A DNA stretch of 61,101 bases, filler included, from 14 parts of 14 records of this genome joined end to end with filler, not necessarily neighbours in it; one strand, 5' to 3'; numbered from the whole stretch's first letter, positions 1 to 12,491 are shown. A program made the numbers and translations. Notes: generated from the letters alone by a model not told the origin.

Positions 1-29
1 GAGAGAGAGAGAGAGAGAGAGCGAGAGAG
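1..29 (+). repeat. (GA)n microsatellite at contig start
   Basis: gagagagaga... with one C substitution, directly before the ATG at 30. Confidence 0.95.
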
Positions 30-617
30 ATGCCTCGTTCGGCCTCCAGGCCGAGCTCCAAGCGGAAGACGTCGCGCTCGAACTCCGCGCTGAAGCTGCG
101 CTCGAAAGGGATGATGAAGAAGGCCAAGAAGAAGGCCGTGAGCATCGGCTCCGCCGGTATGGACACGGCGAACGTGGGCAGCCACGTCCACGGACGCACC
201 CAGTCGCTTTCGAAGCTGGCCCAGCGGCGGGCGTCACTGCTGAAAGACCCGAAACAGAACGTTCGGCGGTCTGTTTCTGGCGGTTCGGCTGCGGACGAGA
301 TGGCCGCCGCTGTAGCAGCAATGGACATGGAGGAGAGAGCCGAGCGCGAGCAGGAGATGAAGGTCGCAGCTATGCCGCCGCCGCCAACAACAGAACTCAC
401 TGAGGGCGAGCGGACCTTCGTGCAGGTGATGGCAGCGAAGTACGGAGACGGGACGGGTGGTGGGTTCAAGAAGATGGCCAAGGACACCGAGATCAATGTC
501 ACGAAAGTATCGGCTTCGATGATCAAGCGGCTGTTCGGTCGGTACAGAAAAATCACGGGCAGCGTTCCTGGATCGACGACTGGGATCGCAGATGCCGACA
601 GCGGCCCGCGGAGATGA
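30..617 (+). CDS. NOP16: Nop16-like ribosome biogenesis protein
   Basis: 195-aa intronless ORF. Basic N-terminus, and C-terminal LTEGERTFVQVMAAKYGD...FKKMAKDTEINVTKVSASMIKRLFGRY resembling the Nop16 L(S/T)xxE...K(H/Y)GxDYxAMARD.K.N..Q.....I motif. Confidence 0.7.
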   Translation: MPRSASRPSSKRKTSRSNSALKLRSKGMMKKAKKKAVSIGSAGMDTANVGSHVHGRTQSLSKLAQRRASLLKDPKQNVRRSVSGGSAADEMAAAVAAMDMEERAEREQEMKVAAMPPPPTTELTEGERTFVQVMAAKYGDGTGGGFKKMAKDTEINVTKVSASMIKRLFGRYRKITGSVPGSTTGIADADSGPRR

Positions 618-862
618 TCATAAAGTCTAGTTGATGCCGAACAGTAGCTGGCTGGCACAACGACGGTGCATTTACCTGCTCGTGGCTATGCTGGCCTTGT
701 AAGCTGCGCGATTCCTCCCACCTCCTCGCCATGCTTGCCATCTATTCAATATCTAGTTGTTCATGGCCCGCCAAAACGAGCCTGAGTTGTGCGCGCTGCA
801 GTGCCTCGGCGCACAAGTGAACACAGCATCACATTTCATTCGCACGGCATGCTACACGCAGG

Positions 863-3132
863 CTAATGGCATGCAGGCCCGCCAGTCACCGAGCCGTCTG
901 ACCAGAACACGCAAGCCTCAACAGCACTCCCGCCGACAGCTCGGCATGCCTCAAACGCACCCTTCTTGCATCCTATTCCAACACAGATCACGTCATGTTC
1001 GAAGCTTGTATTGAAATTGTAGCTTGAGTGTCAATTTGATTCAAGTTGAGAAATTGAGTAAGATGGCTACCGCTTCTCGTTCCTCTGTGTGCAAAATTCA
1101 CTTGCCAGACGGTATCATTCCTCAGGTAGCAGTGCTCCGCATAACCACCTTTAGTGGGTCCGCACCACGTGTACGATAGACAGTCTGGTTCCTTGCTGCA
1201 GATAGATTCACACTGCAACGGCGACGCGAACTTGCCGGCTAAGCGGACGCTCGGCTGCGTAACCTCTCCCGCCACATTGTTGATGTCGGCGGAAAAGAAA
1301 CCGAGACTGTCGGCACTCCTGTTCGTCTTCGACGGGCCAAGAGTAACAATGGTGCCCGACTTAAAGTGCCGAGAAAGCACACCAGTGCTAGAGTCCAGAG
1401 TAGCCGGCCCGAGCGGCACACCGAGCTTGCGAGTATACCTGATTCGGTGAGCAAAGGTACTGGCGATGAGATTGTCAACGCAATTATGCGCGAGCAAAGG
1501 AGTATGCCGTGGATTGTGTGGTAGTTCGCACTCTGGTCGCACGCCGTCCCATGCAGGTTCGGACCACCCTTTGTCCTGTCAACAGCTCAAACCGATCTAT
1601 TATGAACAAGCTCAATCAACTTGCAGGGGCAACAGAAGAGTGTTCGTGGGCTTGACTTGCCCCTGGCGCCTCTCCTTGTCCGTGTTGGAAGGTAGCACCG
1701 TAGTAGGCGCCATCTCCAGCACCTAGGAGAAAGGCTGCCAAGGTGGTGTTGAAGTCTCCCTGGAATCGGCAACACGTTCAATTGTCAACAGCGCTCTAGC
1801 TCGAAAACTCGCGAGTGACCACCGCTCAGTGACGGGCCGCTGCAAAGCGCTGCTACAGATTGCTTGGTTGTATGGGTACCTCGTTGTGAACGGCTGCCAA
1901 GACTCCAGCCTTGCTGTCATTCTGCCTGCGATTACCAACAGTGCAACAGATTTGAGCATTCAAATTGAGAAGTGACAGACTGCTTGGTACTCACAACTGT
2001 TCTATCTGCGTCACGCTCCCTTTGAAAGTCTCGTACTCGTGGTCAAATCCACTCGGAAAACTTTGGTTTCCTGCGAGGGCCAGCGTGTGGTCATTTAACA
2101 GATAGATCTTGCCAGGAATTGCGTGCCGCAGCTCCTGGATCATCATGAGGTGCCCTTGTGCCCATGCCGCCAGCTTATCGGGCGCGATCTTGTCTTTAGG
2201 TCCCCCTGGGCTGCCTGGTAAATCTCCCCTGTCGACGAACACTCCGTCCATAGCGTTCCCTGTCTCTGCGACGATTTCGACCCATTTGGCACGGACTTCC
2301 GCCTGCAACAACAAGAGATCCGTTTAGCAACCTCGTGTTTTCAAATCACAGTGCAACATCGGCGGGCTCACCAGGCTCAGGTCAGGGATGTAGAGGGTGT
2401 TGCCCAGCGCTGCAGTCAAACACATCTGTCAACAAGGTCGTTTGATTGCAGCCTGGTTTCTACTTGACCTACCATCTTTGCGGCAGACATGCAGCTTGCC
2501 ATCCACGTCGTGCAGCATCCGTGTCTTGTTTGCGGTCATCCTGCCCACACAGCGTGCGACTTGCTCTCGTCAGCAATGCACCCAAAAACAATCGGTGGGA
2601 AGCAGGTGGCGCCCACCATGTTTCAAAGTTGTAGGCTGTCCATCCAACAACACTGTTGAAGTAGGCCACCACGCTAGGGCGCGGGATGGCCAGCTTGTCC
2701 GCAGCTGTCCGGATCATCTCGCCTCCAGCGATCATCTTGCCTTCGGAGTTCTTGCCGAACGGCGCGGCTTGGTAAGCGTGGCTCTGACCGTTGAAGATCA
2801 CGAGCGAGTGGCGTGAGGCTATACGTGCCGCAGCCTCGGCTGAAAGCTGGCTGGAGGCGTTGGCGCTGAACCAATGGACCGGCAGGGTGTCCCAGCTGAA
2901 CCCACGCGGTAGAGGCGACGCCACGTGGTCCACAGAGAGTGGCCTAGCGGAGTGAATCATACATGTGCACACAGTCAACCTCTCCCGCCAAAGCGCAGTT
3001 CCTGTATAGATAGAACAGTTTGTCATGATTTCCTTACATTCGAATTGACTGCCGACTGTTCGCGTCGTCAGCGCCTGCTGTCGCCGAGACCGCTAGCGCA
3101 CACAGCTGCAGCGCGATCTCGCGTAGCAGCAT
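863..3132 (-). CDS. Secreted putative glycoside hydrolase (GHL15/PF14885, GH168-like) with inserted PAN/Apple domain; multi-exon
   Basis: Manual splicing gives signal peptide MLLREIALQLCALAVSA, then FSWDTLPVHWF, VVAYFNSV, DGVFVDRG, FNTTLAAFLLGAGDGAYYG, RPEYTRKLGVPLGPA, SRHFKSGT, PAN-like CESICSKEPDCLSYTW...CYLR, and ends CVFWSDGSVTGGPACH* (TAG 863-865). About 9 introns, one of them GC-AG (1576-1660). Confidence 0.7.
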
Positions 3133-3249
3133 GCTGGCGCGGCCGGGCAGCAGCAGGCCGAGCGAGCGAGCGGTGCTAGAGACTCTCCTGCTGACGTGCT
3201 GAACACTGCAAGTGCTGTGCTCCCTCCTGATGCGTGCTGGGCCAGCGAG

Positions 3250-3385
3250 ATACGACGAGCTGTACGTAGAACGTACACGCCGGTACACGCCGTGTTACGC
3301 GCGTACAAATGTACTAGATCTAGTACGCGACGCGCGCGTACGTATACCGTCCGCGCGTCGTGTACACGTATACGGTCAAGCTAGA
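3250..3385. promoter_or_regulatory. Palindrome-dense upstream region with perfect 16-bp palindrome GTACTAGATCTAGTAC (3311-3326)
   Basis: Dense GTAC/ACGT/CGCG/CTAG words about 120-250 bp upstream of the ATG at 3132. The TAGATCTA core recurs upstream of other genes. Confidence 0.45.
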
Positions 3386-3568
3386 AAGCAGGCATGCAGG
3401 CAGGACCCTGCACACCGGGCAAGAAAATGAAACCTACCAGGTACTCCTGAATTCATTCCCAAAATCCGGTCGATGCATGCGCGCGCGGTCGCCCCGCGCC
3501 CGCGTTTGTGCTTTGCGGCGGTTTCCAGTGTTTGTTAGGGAACCGCCACAAACGGCCAAGCTGCCCCC

Positions 3569-3630
3569 CGGTGGCGCCAATCGGCGCGGGGCGGTGGCGC
3601 GAATCGGCGCGGGGCGGTGGCGCCAATCGG
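3569..3630 (+). repeat. 23-bp tandem repeat (about 2.7 copies) containing CCAAT and GGGGCGG words
   Basis: cggtggcgccaatcggcgcgggg / cggtggcgcgaatcggcgcgggg / cggtggcgccaatcgg. Confidence 0.9.
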
Positions 3631-3749
3631 GGCCTCATGAAGACCCGCCAAAACAAGAATGTGAGACAAGCGAGACCGTTGACAGAGGGCATGAGGCCGT
3701 ATGCCCTCTATCACGCTATGGCACACTAGGGCTAATGCTCGGGGCATAC

Positions 3750-3849
3750 NNNNNNNNNNNNNNNNNNNNNNNNNNNNNNNNNNNNNNNNNNNNTTAATTA
3801 ATTAANNNNNNNNNNNNNNNNNNNNNNNNNNNNNNNNNNNNNNNNNNNN
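3750..3849. other. Artificial contig-joining spacer 1
   Basis: N44-TTAATTAATTAA-N44, with stops in all six frames. Confidence 0.98.
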
Positions 3850-4009
3850 AATCTGGGCACTGCATGCCCGGTCGGGACACAAGGCATATATCCGCGGCGC
3901 GGCGGTCCTGACTCGTGCGGGATACGTGAAGCAACTCGGCTGGCCGGGTCCGTCTCGCCGGTGCACGCCGGGGTGCGGCTCCGTCACGGGCCGCCGCCGG
4001 CCGGCGGCG

Positions 4010-7000
4010 ATGCTGGCGGTGGCGCTGCTGGGCGTCTTTCGACTGCAGGCCAGCTCGCTGTCACTGCGTGTCTGGAATAATACCGCCATGGCGGGTGCAC
4101 CTGCTGAGAAGCGTGACTTGGATTCGATGACGTTCGACGTACCTGCGGACGAGCCGCTCTCGCTGCAGCTCGTCGGCACGATGGTTGTGCAGCCAAATCA
4201 CAGCTACAGCTTCAACTGCTCTTTCGGCGGGGCACAGTTTGCGGCACTGCATGTCGATGACCATCTCGTCTGCCAGTCGGGGGCAAACTCGGACCATGTG
4301 GCCACTCCAGGTCAAGGTGGAGGTGCTGGATGCGGAGTGCGCGAATTGATCCTCCTCCACGTGTCAGTGCGGACTCAAATGGATACATTCATTAGTGCTG
4401 ACACTCACGTGCGGTTGTGTACAGGGTGGAGGAGGCCATCATAGTTGTACCGGCATTGATAATCCACTTCCAGTGATGTCCCGCCTGGAGTGGCCAGTGC
4501 GGTTGCAGTTGCACTACATACCTCTGGCCGACTCAGCAAATCACAAACCACTATCGATTCGCGTGCAACACACCCCAGCAGCGTTCAAGAGCACAGTCTC
4601 AGAGAGCGAGATGCATCGCCGCTCAGTTCAAAAGTCACTTCTACGAGGGTGGGGACTTTTCTATGACATGAGCTACATCGACGCAGTGCGTCTGCCCGAG
4701 GGTATACGCGTCAAGTTTGCTGTATGCCAGACTGCGCCGGGAGGGCAGTGCCTCGCGAATGCAAGAATGGACTGGCCGGATAAGAGCGGTCTAACCGCTT
4801 CCCTGCGGCCGGGCCTTCACGCATATGACCGCACCTACACCCAGATGTACGTCGCTGTCCAAGGCTGCAACATCTCACTAACGACTGGAGGTGGAGCGGG
4901 AGGCGAATTGAATGTGCTGGTGGAGTCGCAGAACCAGACGCCGTTGCAGCGTGAGGCCAGTCGAGCCGAAGACCACAGTACAAGGGTAGGGCAATGCAGT
5001 CAGTTCCAGAATAACACCGACTATCCAGGACACGACCTGACCAAAATTGGTCACGTGGCCTCTAAAGAGGCGTGCTGTGATTTGTGTGCGAACAACTCGC
5101 TCTGCAGCGCCGGCAGTTGGGATGGACCAGCGTCCAAGTGGTCAAGCAGCGCAACCTGCAATCTCAAAACTGCGGCCCCGAGCGCCGACAAGACCGTTTC
5201 CCCAGGAATGTGGGCGTTTGTCCTGAGGCCTTCGGCTCCGCCACCTCCTGCACCAGGATGTGCAGGGCTCGCTCTTGTGCCTGTGGGGCTGACGACTTGG
5301 TTTCAGGCAAACACGGCCGCAACGACGGCGTTTCAGCAGCCTGAGCTCAACATTGGCGGGGACGTGCGTGTTGGATCAGGGTGCAACGCAATTACTTTCA
5401 CATCTGCTGGGTTGGGCCAGACCACTGTATACAGCACGGCTGTCTCCGACAGCAATCTAACCATCAACAACTCGCTGACATCTACCACTGGCGCAGCGCA
5501 TCTGGTTTTCCCGCTCTCCCATGGCGCAAAGATAGGGTTTTACAGCCCAGCGAAAACGTCGGCCACACCAATCAAGTCACTGGCGGAGATCACCAGCACG
5601 CTAGCTACCGCCCGCACTGCCGAAGAGAACACCTACGCCAAGTATGGAGAGCTCGCCGAGACCAAGAGTGCAGTGCAAAGTGCTGTAATGTGGCAGGTGG
5701 TGTTCAATCCTTTGGAAGCTGGACCATTCGCACCTGTCATCCGGGGCAATCCCTGGGGGCTAGACAAAGGCGTGGTGAACGATGACTGGCCGTATGTCAT
5801 CTTCGGTAATCCCGGACCCTCCCTTTCGTTTCATCGGTTATAATTGCTTCTGGCTCGTCAAAGTCCGACCACCACTATCACCCAATGGATAGTTGTGAGG
5901 TATTGATTGCTTGATTGACTGTTCGTCTGGAATTTTCAGACTGGGATAATCATTTTGGTGCGTACATGCTCTCGCTTGATGCGAAGGACCTTGGATATTC
6001 CGCCCTCATCCAGGTGGTGAAATCGAAGACTGCTGAAGGGTTTGTGCCAAACAGTACGTTTCCCGCTTTGATGCGCAGAGTATCAACCACTCTCTGCCTC
6101 CAGATGACTGATGCCCGTATGAAGTCGTGCCTAATCCGTTTGTCGGCTACATCGTGGATGGTGCAGCTGCTACGTCCGTCAACAAAGCGAGACACTCTCA
6201 ACCACCGGTGGGCAGTAAGATTCTGCTCGAGATGTACCAAAAGTACCATGACCAATGGATTGTGGAGCTGCTTTTCGATGACTTGTGAGAGGTTTTGACT
6301 GTGCAACGCGTTTTGGGATATTTGCCTTTGCGCCTCTGGTCGAACGCACTGCAAGAGCTACCAAAGTGCCATCGTCTGAAGGTCACAACGAATGGTGTTT
6401 GCATGTGATATCCTAGATACGACTGGAACAACTGGTTTGAGGCGGCGAGAAAGTTGTCTCCACTCGGCATCATTTGTTTGGGGAGCGAGGAGGGACAGAT
6501 GCAAGATGCTCGATTTGAATCAGGATTGGACAACTCTCCAATGTATTACTGCCACTGTCACCACTGCGTCTGCCACTGCAGCCCCGCTACAAAATAATGT
6601 GCATTGTCAGCCACTAAACAGTTTGATTTGTGTGCTTTATCCAACAAAGGTACGATAGTGGCGGCTGCGACAAGTCTAAAGGCGCGGCAGCTCGCTGTGG
6701 TGCTTGGAACTGCAGTTCCAGTGGGGTTTGTGGTGATTTTCGCGACGGCAAGATGAGGCTTTATGACGTCGGGATGGCATCGATGCACACGATGGACAGC
6801 CTTGCTTTGGCTAAGCTTGCAACCGCAATCGGTCGCTCCACGGAGGCGGCTTTGCTTGCTCATCGTGCTGCGACGATGGCGGCACTGATTGAAGAGAATC
6901 TTTGGGATGATTCGGCAGGGATTTACGTCAACAAAATGCCCGACGGTCGCTGGAACCGTCGAGTTGCCCCGACTTCATTTTACGCGCTGCAGACCAACAG

Positions 7001-7521
7001 CTCGACAGACGCGCGAGTGGGGCGTATGATGACAGAATGGTTTTTCTCCAAGCAGCACTTCTGCATCTCGCGTTCGGGAGACTTTTCGGGCAACGACGAC
7101 GCATGCTACTATGGCCTGCCTTCCATCGAGCGTTCGGACCCCGCATTCCCAAAGTTGGGATATTGGCGAGGCTATGTATGGGGCCCGATGGCTCAACTCA
7201 CGTACCTACTCCGGCCATTATAATTATTCTGCTTTTCTCTATGTCTTCCTGCCTGTGTCTCTGTGTCACACATATATCGACCGGAGCAGGTACTGGGGCC
7301 TGCAGAATTACCGCCACGTGCCCGAGGCGGATACAGGGCGGCGCGCGCTGTGCAGTCAGATGCGTATGATGATGTTGGAGCAGTGGCGCAACAACGGATA
7401 TATCTGCGAGAATTATTTTCCGGCGAAAGGGCATAATGGATGCTCCCCTGGGGCCATGCACTTCTACCACTGGGGAGCTCTGTCAGGTTTCATCAGTCTC
7501 TTAGATGCGGGGTTCTACTGA
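4010..7521 (+). CDS. Secreted GH63/MGH1-like (alpha/alpha)6 glycoside hydrolase with N-terminal PA14-like region and PAN/Apple insert; multi-exon
   Basis: Signal peptide MLAVALLGVF. Spliced motifs YVIFDWDNHFGAYML, KTAEGFVPN, HSQPPVGSKIL, ARFESGLDNSPMYD, LWDDSAGIYVN, YWRGYVWGPMAQLTYWGL, ICENY, HFYHWGALSGFISL. PAN-like NNTDYPGHDL...ACCDLCANNSLCSAGSW...CNLK at about 4990-5220. GT-AG introns restore the frame. Confidence 0.8.
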
Positions 7522-7579
7522 CGGCAGTCCAATCAAGGTAGTCAAACTTTTCAGATAAACGCCACACATTCTTCGTACT

Positions 7580-7715
7580 TCCACAGCTTTAAGCTCCTTA
7601 AGCTTGGCCCATTCGCGCATGACGTCCTTGCGTGACCTTTCTTCATCCCAAGTTCATGACGAATGGATGTCTCCTCGGTGGGCTCTGGATAGACTCGATG
7701 AGGACAGCAGCATAG
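7580..7715 (-). pseudogene. Possible frameshifted SAM-domain-like coding remnant at contig end
   Basis: Minus strand reads TEETSIRHELGMKKGHAR, resembling the SAM helix ELGxKxGHxxK, then needs a frame change to continue VMREWAKLKE. Short and weak. Confidence 0.25.
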
Positions 7716-7815
7716 NNNNNNNNNNNNNNNNNNNNNNNNNNNNNNNNNNNNNNNNNNNNTTAATTAATTAANNNNNNNNNNNNNNNNNNNNNNNNNNNNN
7801 NNNNNNNNNNNNNNN
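7716..7815. other. Artificial contig-joining spacer 2
   Basis: N44-TTAATTAATTAA-N44. Confidence 0.98.
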
Positions 7816-7877
7816 CTGGCTCTGGCTCTGGCTCTGGCTTTGGCTTTGGCTCTCGCTCTCGCTCTGGCTCTGGCTCC
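7816..7877 (-). repeat. (GAGCCA)n coding microsatellite (Glu-Pro repeat) at contig break
   Basis: ctggctctggct... encodes EPEPEREREPKPKPEPEPEP. Confidence 0.9.
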
Positions 7878-10800
7878 AGCTCGGATAGCTCCATTTCCAA
7901 CGTGACGTTGGCGTGGCTCGGCGACATGGGCTGCGATACTAGCAATTTGTCCGTTGTTGACCCCAATGCTTGGGTGGGCGCATGTGCTGGGTGAGGACTC
8001 TCAAACATGAACGAACCACCACCAAAACGCGACACTGGGTCGCTGTTGACGCTGTCGACTAGTGACAATTGGTCCCTCATCGAGTCCGTAAGGGGTTGAG
8101 TAGTCAACATCAAATCGCTGAGGGTGGGCTCATCTACCTCGACAATACTGCCTAGCAGGCGTGCTTTGAAACGTTCCTGCTTCCACACCTGCAGCGCCGT
8201 CAGCCCAATCGCTGCGATCAGCAGCGTGCCCATCGAGCACAGCAAGAGCCACCCGTAAAACAGAGCGCCGACCGGCTCACCACTATTGATCTCAGGTAGC
8301 ACCCGCAGAATGAAGCTGATCAAGAAGGTCATGAAAAGCTGCGTCTCGACAAGAGCCTTCAATACGTTGGCCTCTTGCTCACGGTACGGTCGGAAGTACT
8401 GCTGCACACCAAACGACAAGAAAGCGATCGCACTCCCACAAAAGCACTGGGCTGCCGTGCCTCGATGCGCAAATTGAAGCAACCCAGACAGGAACAGCTT
8501 GCGTAGCAGATCCACTGGCTCAAACCAAAAGCACTCGGCACGATAGTCTTCGATACAGAACCCGAACGTCGTATGCAGACGCCGATAGTTGTACTCGGCA
8601 AGCGACTCATCAACACTTGCATCTTCATCATCGTCGGGCTGAGACACTGCGCCGTATGCTTGGTGCATGTGCTGCCATTGTTGGTGGCTATGGCGCCACT
8701 GATAAAGTAAGGCAATGAGCAACCCGAGCGGAAACCCGAGCGGTACGACAGCCACAAGCACAATGGCCATCATGTTGTAGTCCGAGTAGCGTTGGCTCCT
8801 ACAGTCAACAGAGTAGTCTGCCTCTAGGTACGACGACTCTTCACCCAGCTGACGACACCGCAACGCACTCAGTATGGAGGCAGAGAGCTGTGGGTACAGA
8901 AACATCGCGACAAAGAACAAGGCACCGACCAATGTTTGATTTGCCTGAGCGTGGAATGCTTGCCTGCTGTCCACGTCGACATGGCGGCGTGCAGAGAAGC
9001 GGCACCACAACCAGTACATAGCGATGGGCAGCATCATTACGGCAGGCAGTCCAAGTACGGACGCCAGCCACTTATCAAACCAGCTCCAGCCCCAGCACTC
9101 AAACCGTAGGATCTCTCGTAGGTCACCTACAAACAGCCCGATGAAGCTTAAGGCGGCTGTGGGTTGTGGAGGAAAAATGAGCTCCAGCACTGATGGTAGC
9201 AGCGACAACACTTGGGCAGATCCAATCAAGATTCTTAGGTTGGTTTTGAGGTTCTTCTGGAGCCACTGGAGTTGTGCAGCGAACAGATATATTGTGGTGC
9301 AAGCCACCAAGGTGACTACGGCCACAGCTATAGCGAACCATCTCGTGGTCAAGCCAAATTTCGTACCGATATAGTCAGAGATGTTGCTGCACTCTTCACA
9401 AGCGTTGTCAGACGAACCTCGACGGCTGAAGCCCTGTTCGCACGTGGCACAGAGTGGACCAGAGTGATGGTTCGGGCAGTTGATGCTGGCCTGGTTCACA
9501 GCGCCTGACAGAACAATCTCGGGACAGTCCGTGTCTTGGTAAGGGCAGCTGTAGATCTGTTGTGGCCGTCCATTTTTGTTCCCGTCAAGCTGAGTCATCA
9601 ACGCTGCAGTTGTTGATGCATTAAGCCGCCAACCTTCGCGCACCGTGGCGACGCCATTCTTGCAGCGGACGCACTCCACAGGGCATGGAAGGCAGCGAGC
9701 CACTTGTGTATGAGCCTTGTGGTCTGGCGCTGTCCACCCACCCGTGCTGCAGCTCAGTATCCCGTTCCAAGTTGTGTCGTAGGTTTTGCCGGTGCATTCG
9801 CAGCTCCCACCGTCCATGCTGACCGCTTCGCCCGGTTTGCATCGCCGGTGGCAGCTCAGCACAGTACTATTGTTCTGCGTGTCCTTCTCAAACCCCTCTT
9901 TGCACACGCAAGTGGCACCTGTCTCTCCATCAGGCACCGTGTGGCTGCCGTAAGTGCACCGCCGTGGCAGAAATTCCACAGTCCGCAGGGATGTGCATAT
10001 CCGTGTACACGCATTACTGGTAGTTCCCACGCACTCTGCACGCCCGTTGCCATAATCGAGTAGACAATCTGCTCCAACTCCTCGCGTACCATCCGAGTGC
10101 ATCACTGGGTGGATCTCCAAGCCGCCAGGTTGCAGCCCCATCAGGTCTTCCATCGATGGCGGAATTTCCTTGTGTTTTTCGTTGTGGTAAAAGTGAAAAA
10201 GCTGGCTCCCAGATCGCTTCACCCAGCTTGCGGGAATCGAAGCAGTGAACGTACCGTCGCGGTTGTCATGCATCGGGACCATGATGTCGGTGGACAAAGG
10301 GACCAGCGGTGGGACACATCTGCCGGTGCTAGAATCAACCGTCCAACCTCGTCCGACTGGAACGGCGCATGCGTAGTTCCAGTCATAATACGCGAAACTT
10401 GCGCCTCTGTGATCAAAAATTTTTTCGTATCCAACTTGTGACTCTAGGTCAACAATTGCGCACGATGAGTCTACGCAAGTGAAACCATACTTTTGATAAT
10501 CTGTGCTGCAATATTCACGTGCGCTTGGGGTGTGGGCCTCCCAACAAAGAGGGATCTGAACGGACGAGAGCATCATGCCTGTGACTAGACCGCCCATACG
10601 CACTTGCATCTCATCTGGGCTACTGTACATGTGCAGCACAAACGCGCAGGCCTCTCCGATGTAGCATGGCGTCGGGTTGTAGACACGGACACCTGGCTGG
10701 GCCGACAGAAAAAATTCGGGTACCACCGTCACGACCTGGCCTAAGCCGGTGATATCTAGTGCGTCCAAGTTAGGCAGTGAGCCCAGCAACATGCTGAGCT

Positions 10801-12340
10801 GCCGAGGCCTGAAGCGCAAAGGGTTGTTGCCGATATAGAGCTGCGTGGTGGTGTTCGGCAGCGCAAGCGGAAGTCCGGACACGGAGCAGTTGCCAGCGTC
10901 CAAAACGATGAGTGCTGTAGCTGCTAGGTCTGGCACTGTACCCGATAGCGCCCAGTTGTCTTGGAGCCGCAAGGTTGCAAGGTGCGGCATCCTGTTGAGC
11001 GTCCAGGGAATGGTGCCTGAGAGCTGTGGAATCAAGAACAGATCTAATGTCTGAATTTTGGATCCCATGCGGATTCCAAGCGGATCCAACGCTAGCTCGT
11101 GGGTTATCGTGCCGGATAGTTTTGGGTTGCTTTGGAGCGACAGCCTGGTCAGCTCCGTCAGCTGGCCTAGCTCTGGTGGGATTGTGCCCGAGAGCCGCGG
11201 CATCAACGAAAGATCCAATACTGTCAGGGACACCGACAAGCCAAGCTCGGGTGGGATCGTACCGGACAATCGCATCGTGTGATCGAGCAGCAGGTTCTTC
11301 AGGTTCTTCAGCTGGCCTAGCTCGGGTGGGATCGTGCCAGACAGCAAGGGCATGTTGTGCAAGTCCAATTCTTCCAGCTCGGTCAGCTGCCCCACAGCGT
11401 AGGTCAGCTGGAACCCTATCCCTGAATAGGGTATAGCCAGGAAATTAGGGTTTATGCCACGTTGAGGGTCATAATCAGCGCCAGAATACTTGCCATCTTT
11501 AGCAAGGTTCACAGTTCTTACCCGCCCATGAGTACACCAAACCCCAAACCAAGTGCTACATAGGTCGCTCGTCCATAGCGTTTTCCAGCCAGGTATTGCG
11601 CGCCACGTCGCGTCTGTGCGCGGGTCGCGCAAAAAGCCTGCCAGCATCGCTGCGAGGTCGGTAGGCGTCACTCGGCAGTGGCGGTCGAACCAACAGGACT
11701 CTCCTGTGCGGCAGTCGCCGTGACTTTTGCAACACCCATCGCCAGTACAACAGTTTCCTTCTTGTTGGGTTATTGGGCATTGCGTCTTGAACATGGCGGA
11801 ACAACAGTCGTCGGGCTGACGTTCAGGTGGGTGGAGTTCTTCCCGTGTAATTCGGGGATTTGGATCTTCAGGGCAGGATTTCGGGCATACAGTGCAGACG
11901 TGCTGTGACGGAACGTTTTGTTCGAAACCAGCTTGGGCACAATAAAATCCCACTCCACAGTTCACGTCTTTCGTGCACAGAGAAAATTTTGTACAACGCT
12001 TCGTGTCCCCTCTACAAAATTCACCAGGCCCGCAATCACTCGTTATGTTGCACGTAGAATGGCGAGCGCAGTCGAACGGATCGCTCGGGCATCGCTCTAA
12101 GAACTCCGTGGCGCAACAGCCACCAAGTGCTCCACCCACGAGCACGTAACCGCAAGGTCCGGTATTGTCTGTGAAGCGCTGGGCGCACGCATAGCAGCGG
12201 TATTGTCCTTGCGGTGTTGACTTTATGCAGTAGCTACCCACGGGACAATCTTCATGCGCATTGCATGGGCACTGATCTGGGCACTGACGTGCCGTAGCAT
12301 ATGCAGCCGTCATGAGTATGGCGATGAGACCAACCCTCAT
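7816..12340 (-). CDS. Large intronless cell-surface receptor: signal peptide, Cys-rich repeats, plant-type LRRs, filamin/Ig-like strand, Cys-rich stalk, about 7-9 TM helices, EPEP tail (3' truncated)
   Basis: Likely start MRVGLIAILMTAAYA (ATG 12340). LRR cap CSTWFGVWC; 25-aa LRRs LSGTIPPELGQL...; DNRDGTFTASIP; CPNHHSGPLCATCEQGFSR. TM-region motifs RILIGSAQV, YLEADYSVDC, YRAECFWFEPVDLLRKLFL, FRPYREQEANVL. Runs into the spacer in an EPEPEP repeat. Confidence 0.85.
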
Positions 12341-12440
12341 TGTAGAAGCGTGCGCGCGTGCGCGTAATCGGGTCGACCGGCCACTGCCAGTCGACCGAGT
12401 ACTACGTAGCGCTACGCGCTGCGTGTGTCCTGCGTGCTCT

Positions 12441-12491
12441 TGTAGGTGCGCAGGTGTCTGCTCCGCATCCTGTAGGTGCGCAGGTGTCTGC
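12441..12491. repeat. 21-bp direct repeat, 30-bp period
   Basis: tgtaggtgcgcaggtgtctgc at 12441-12461 and 12471-12491. Confidence 0.9.
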
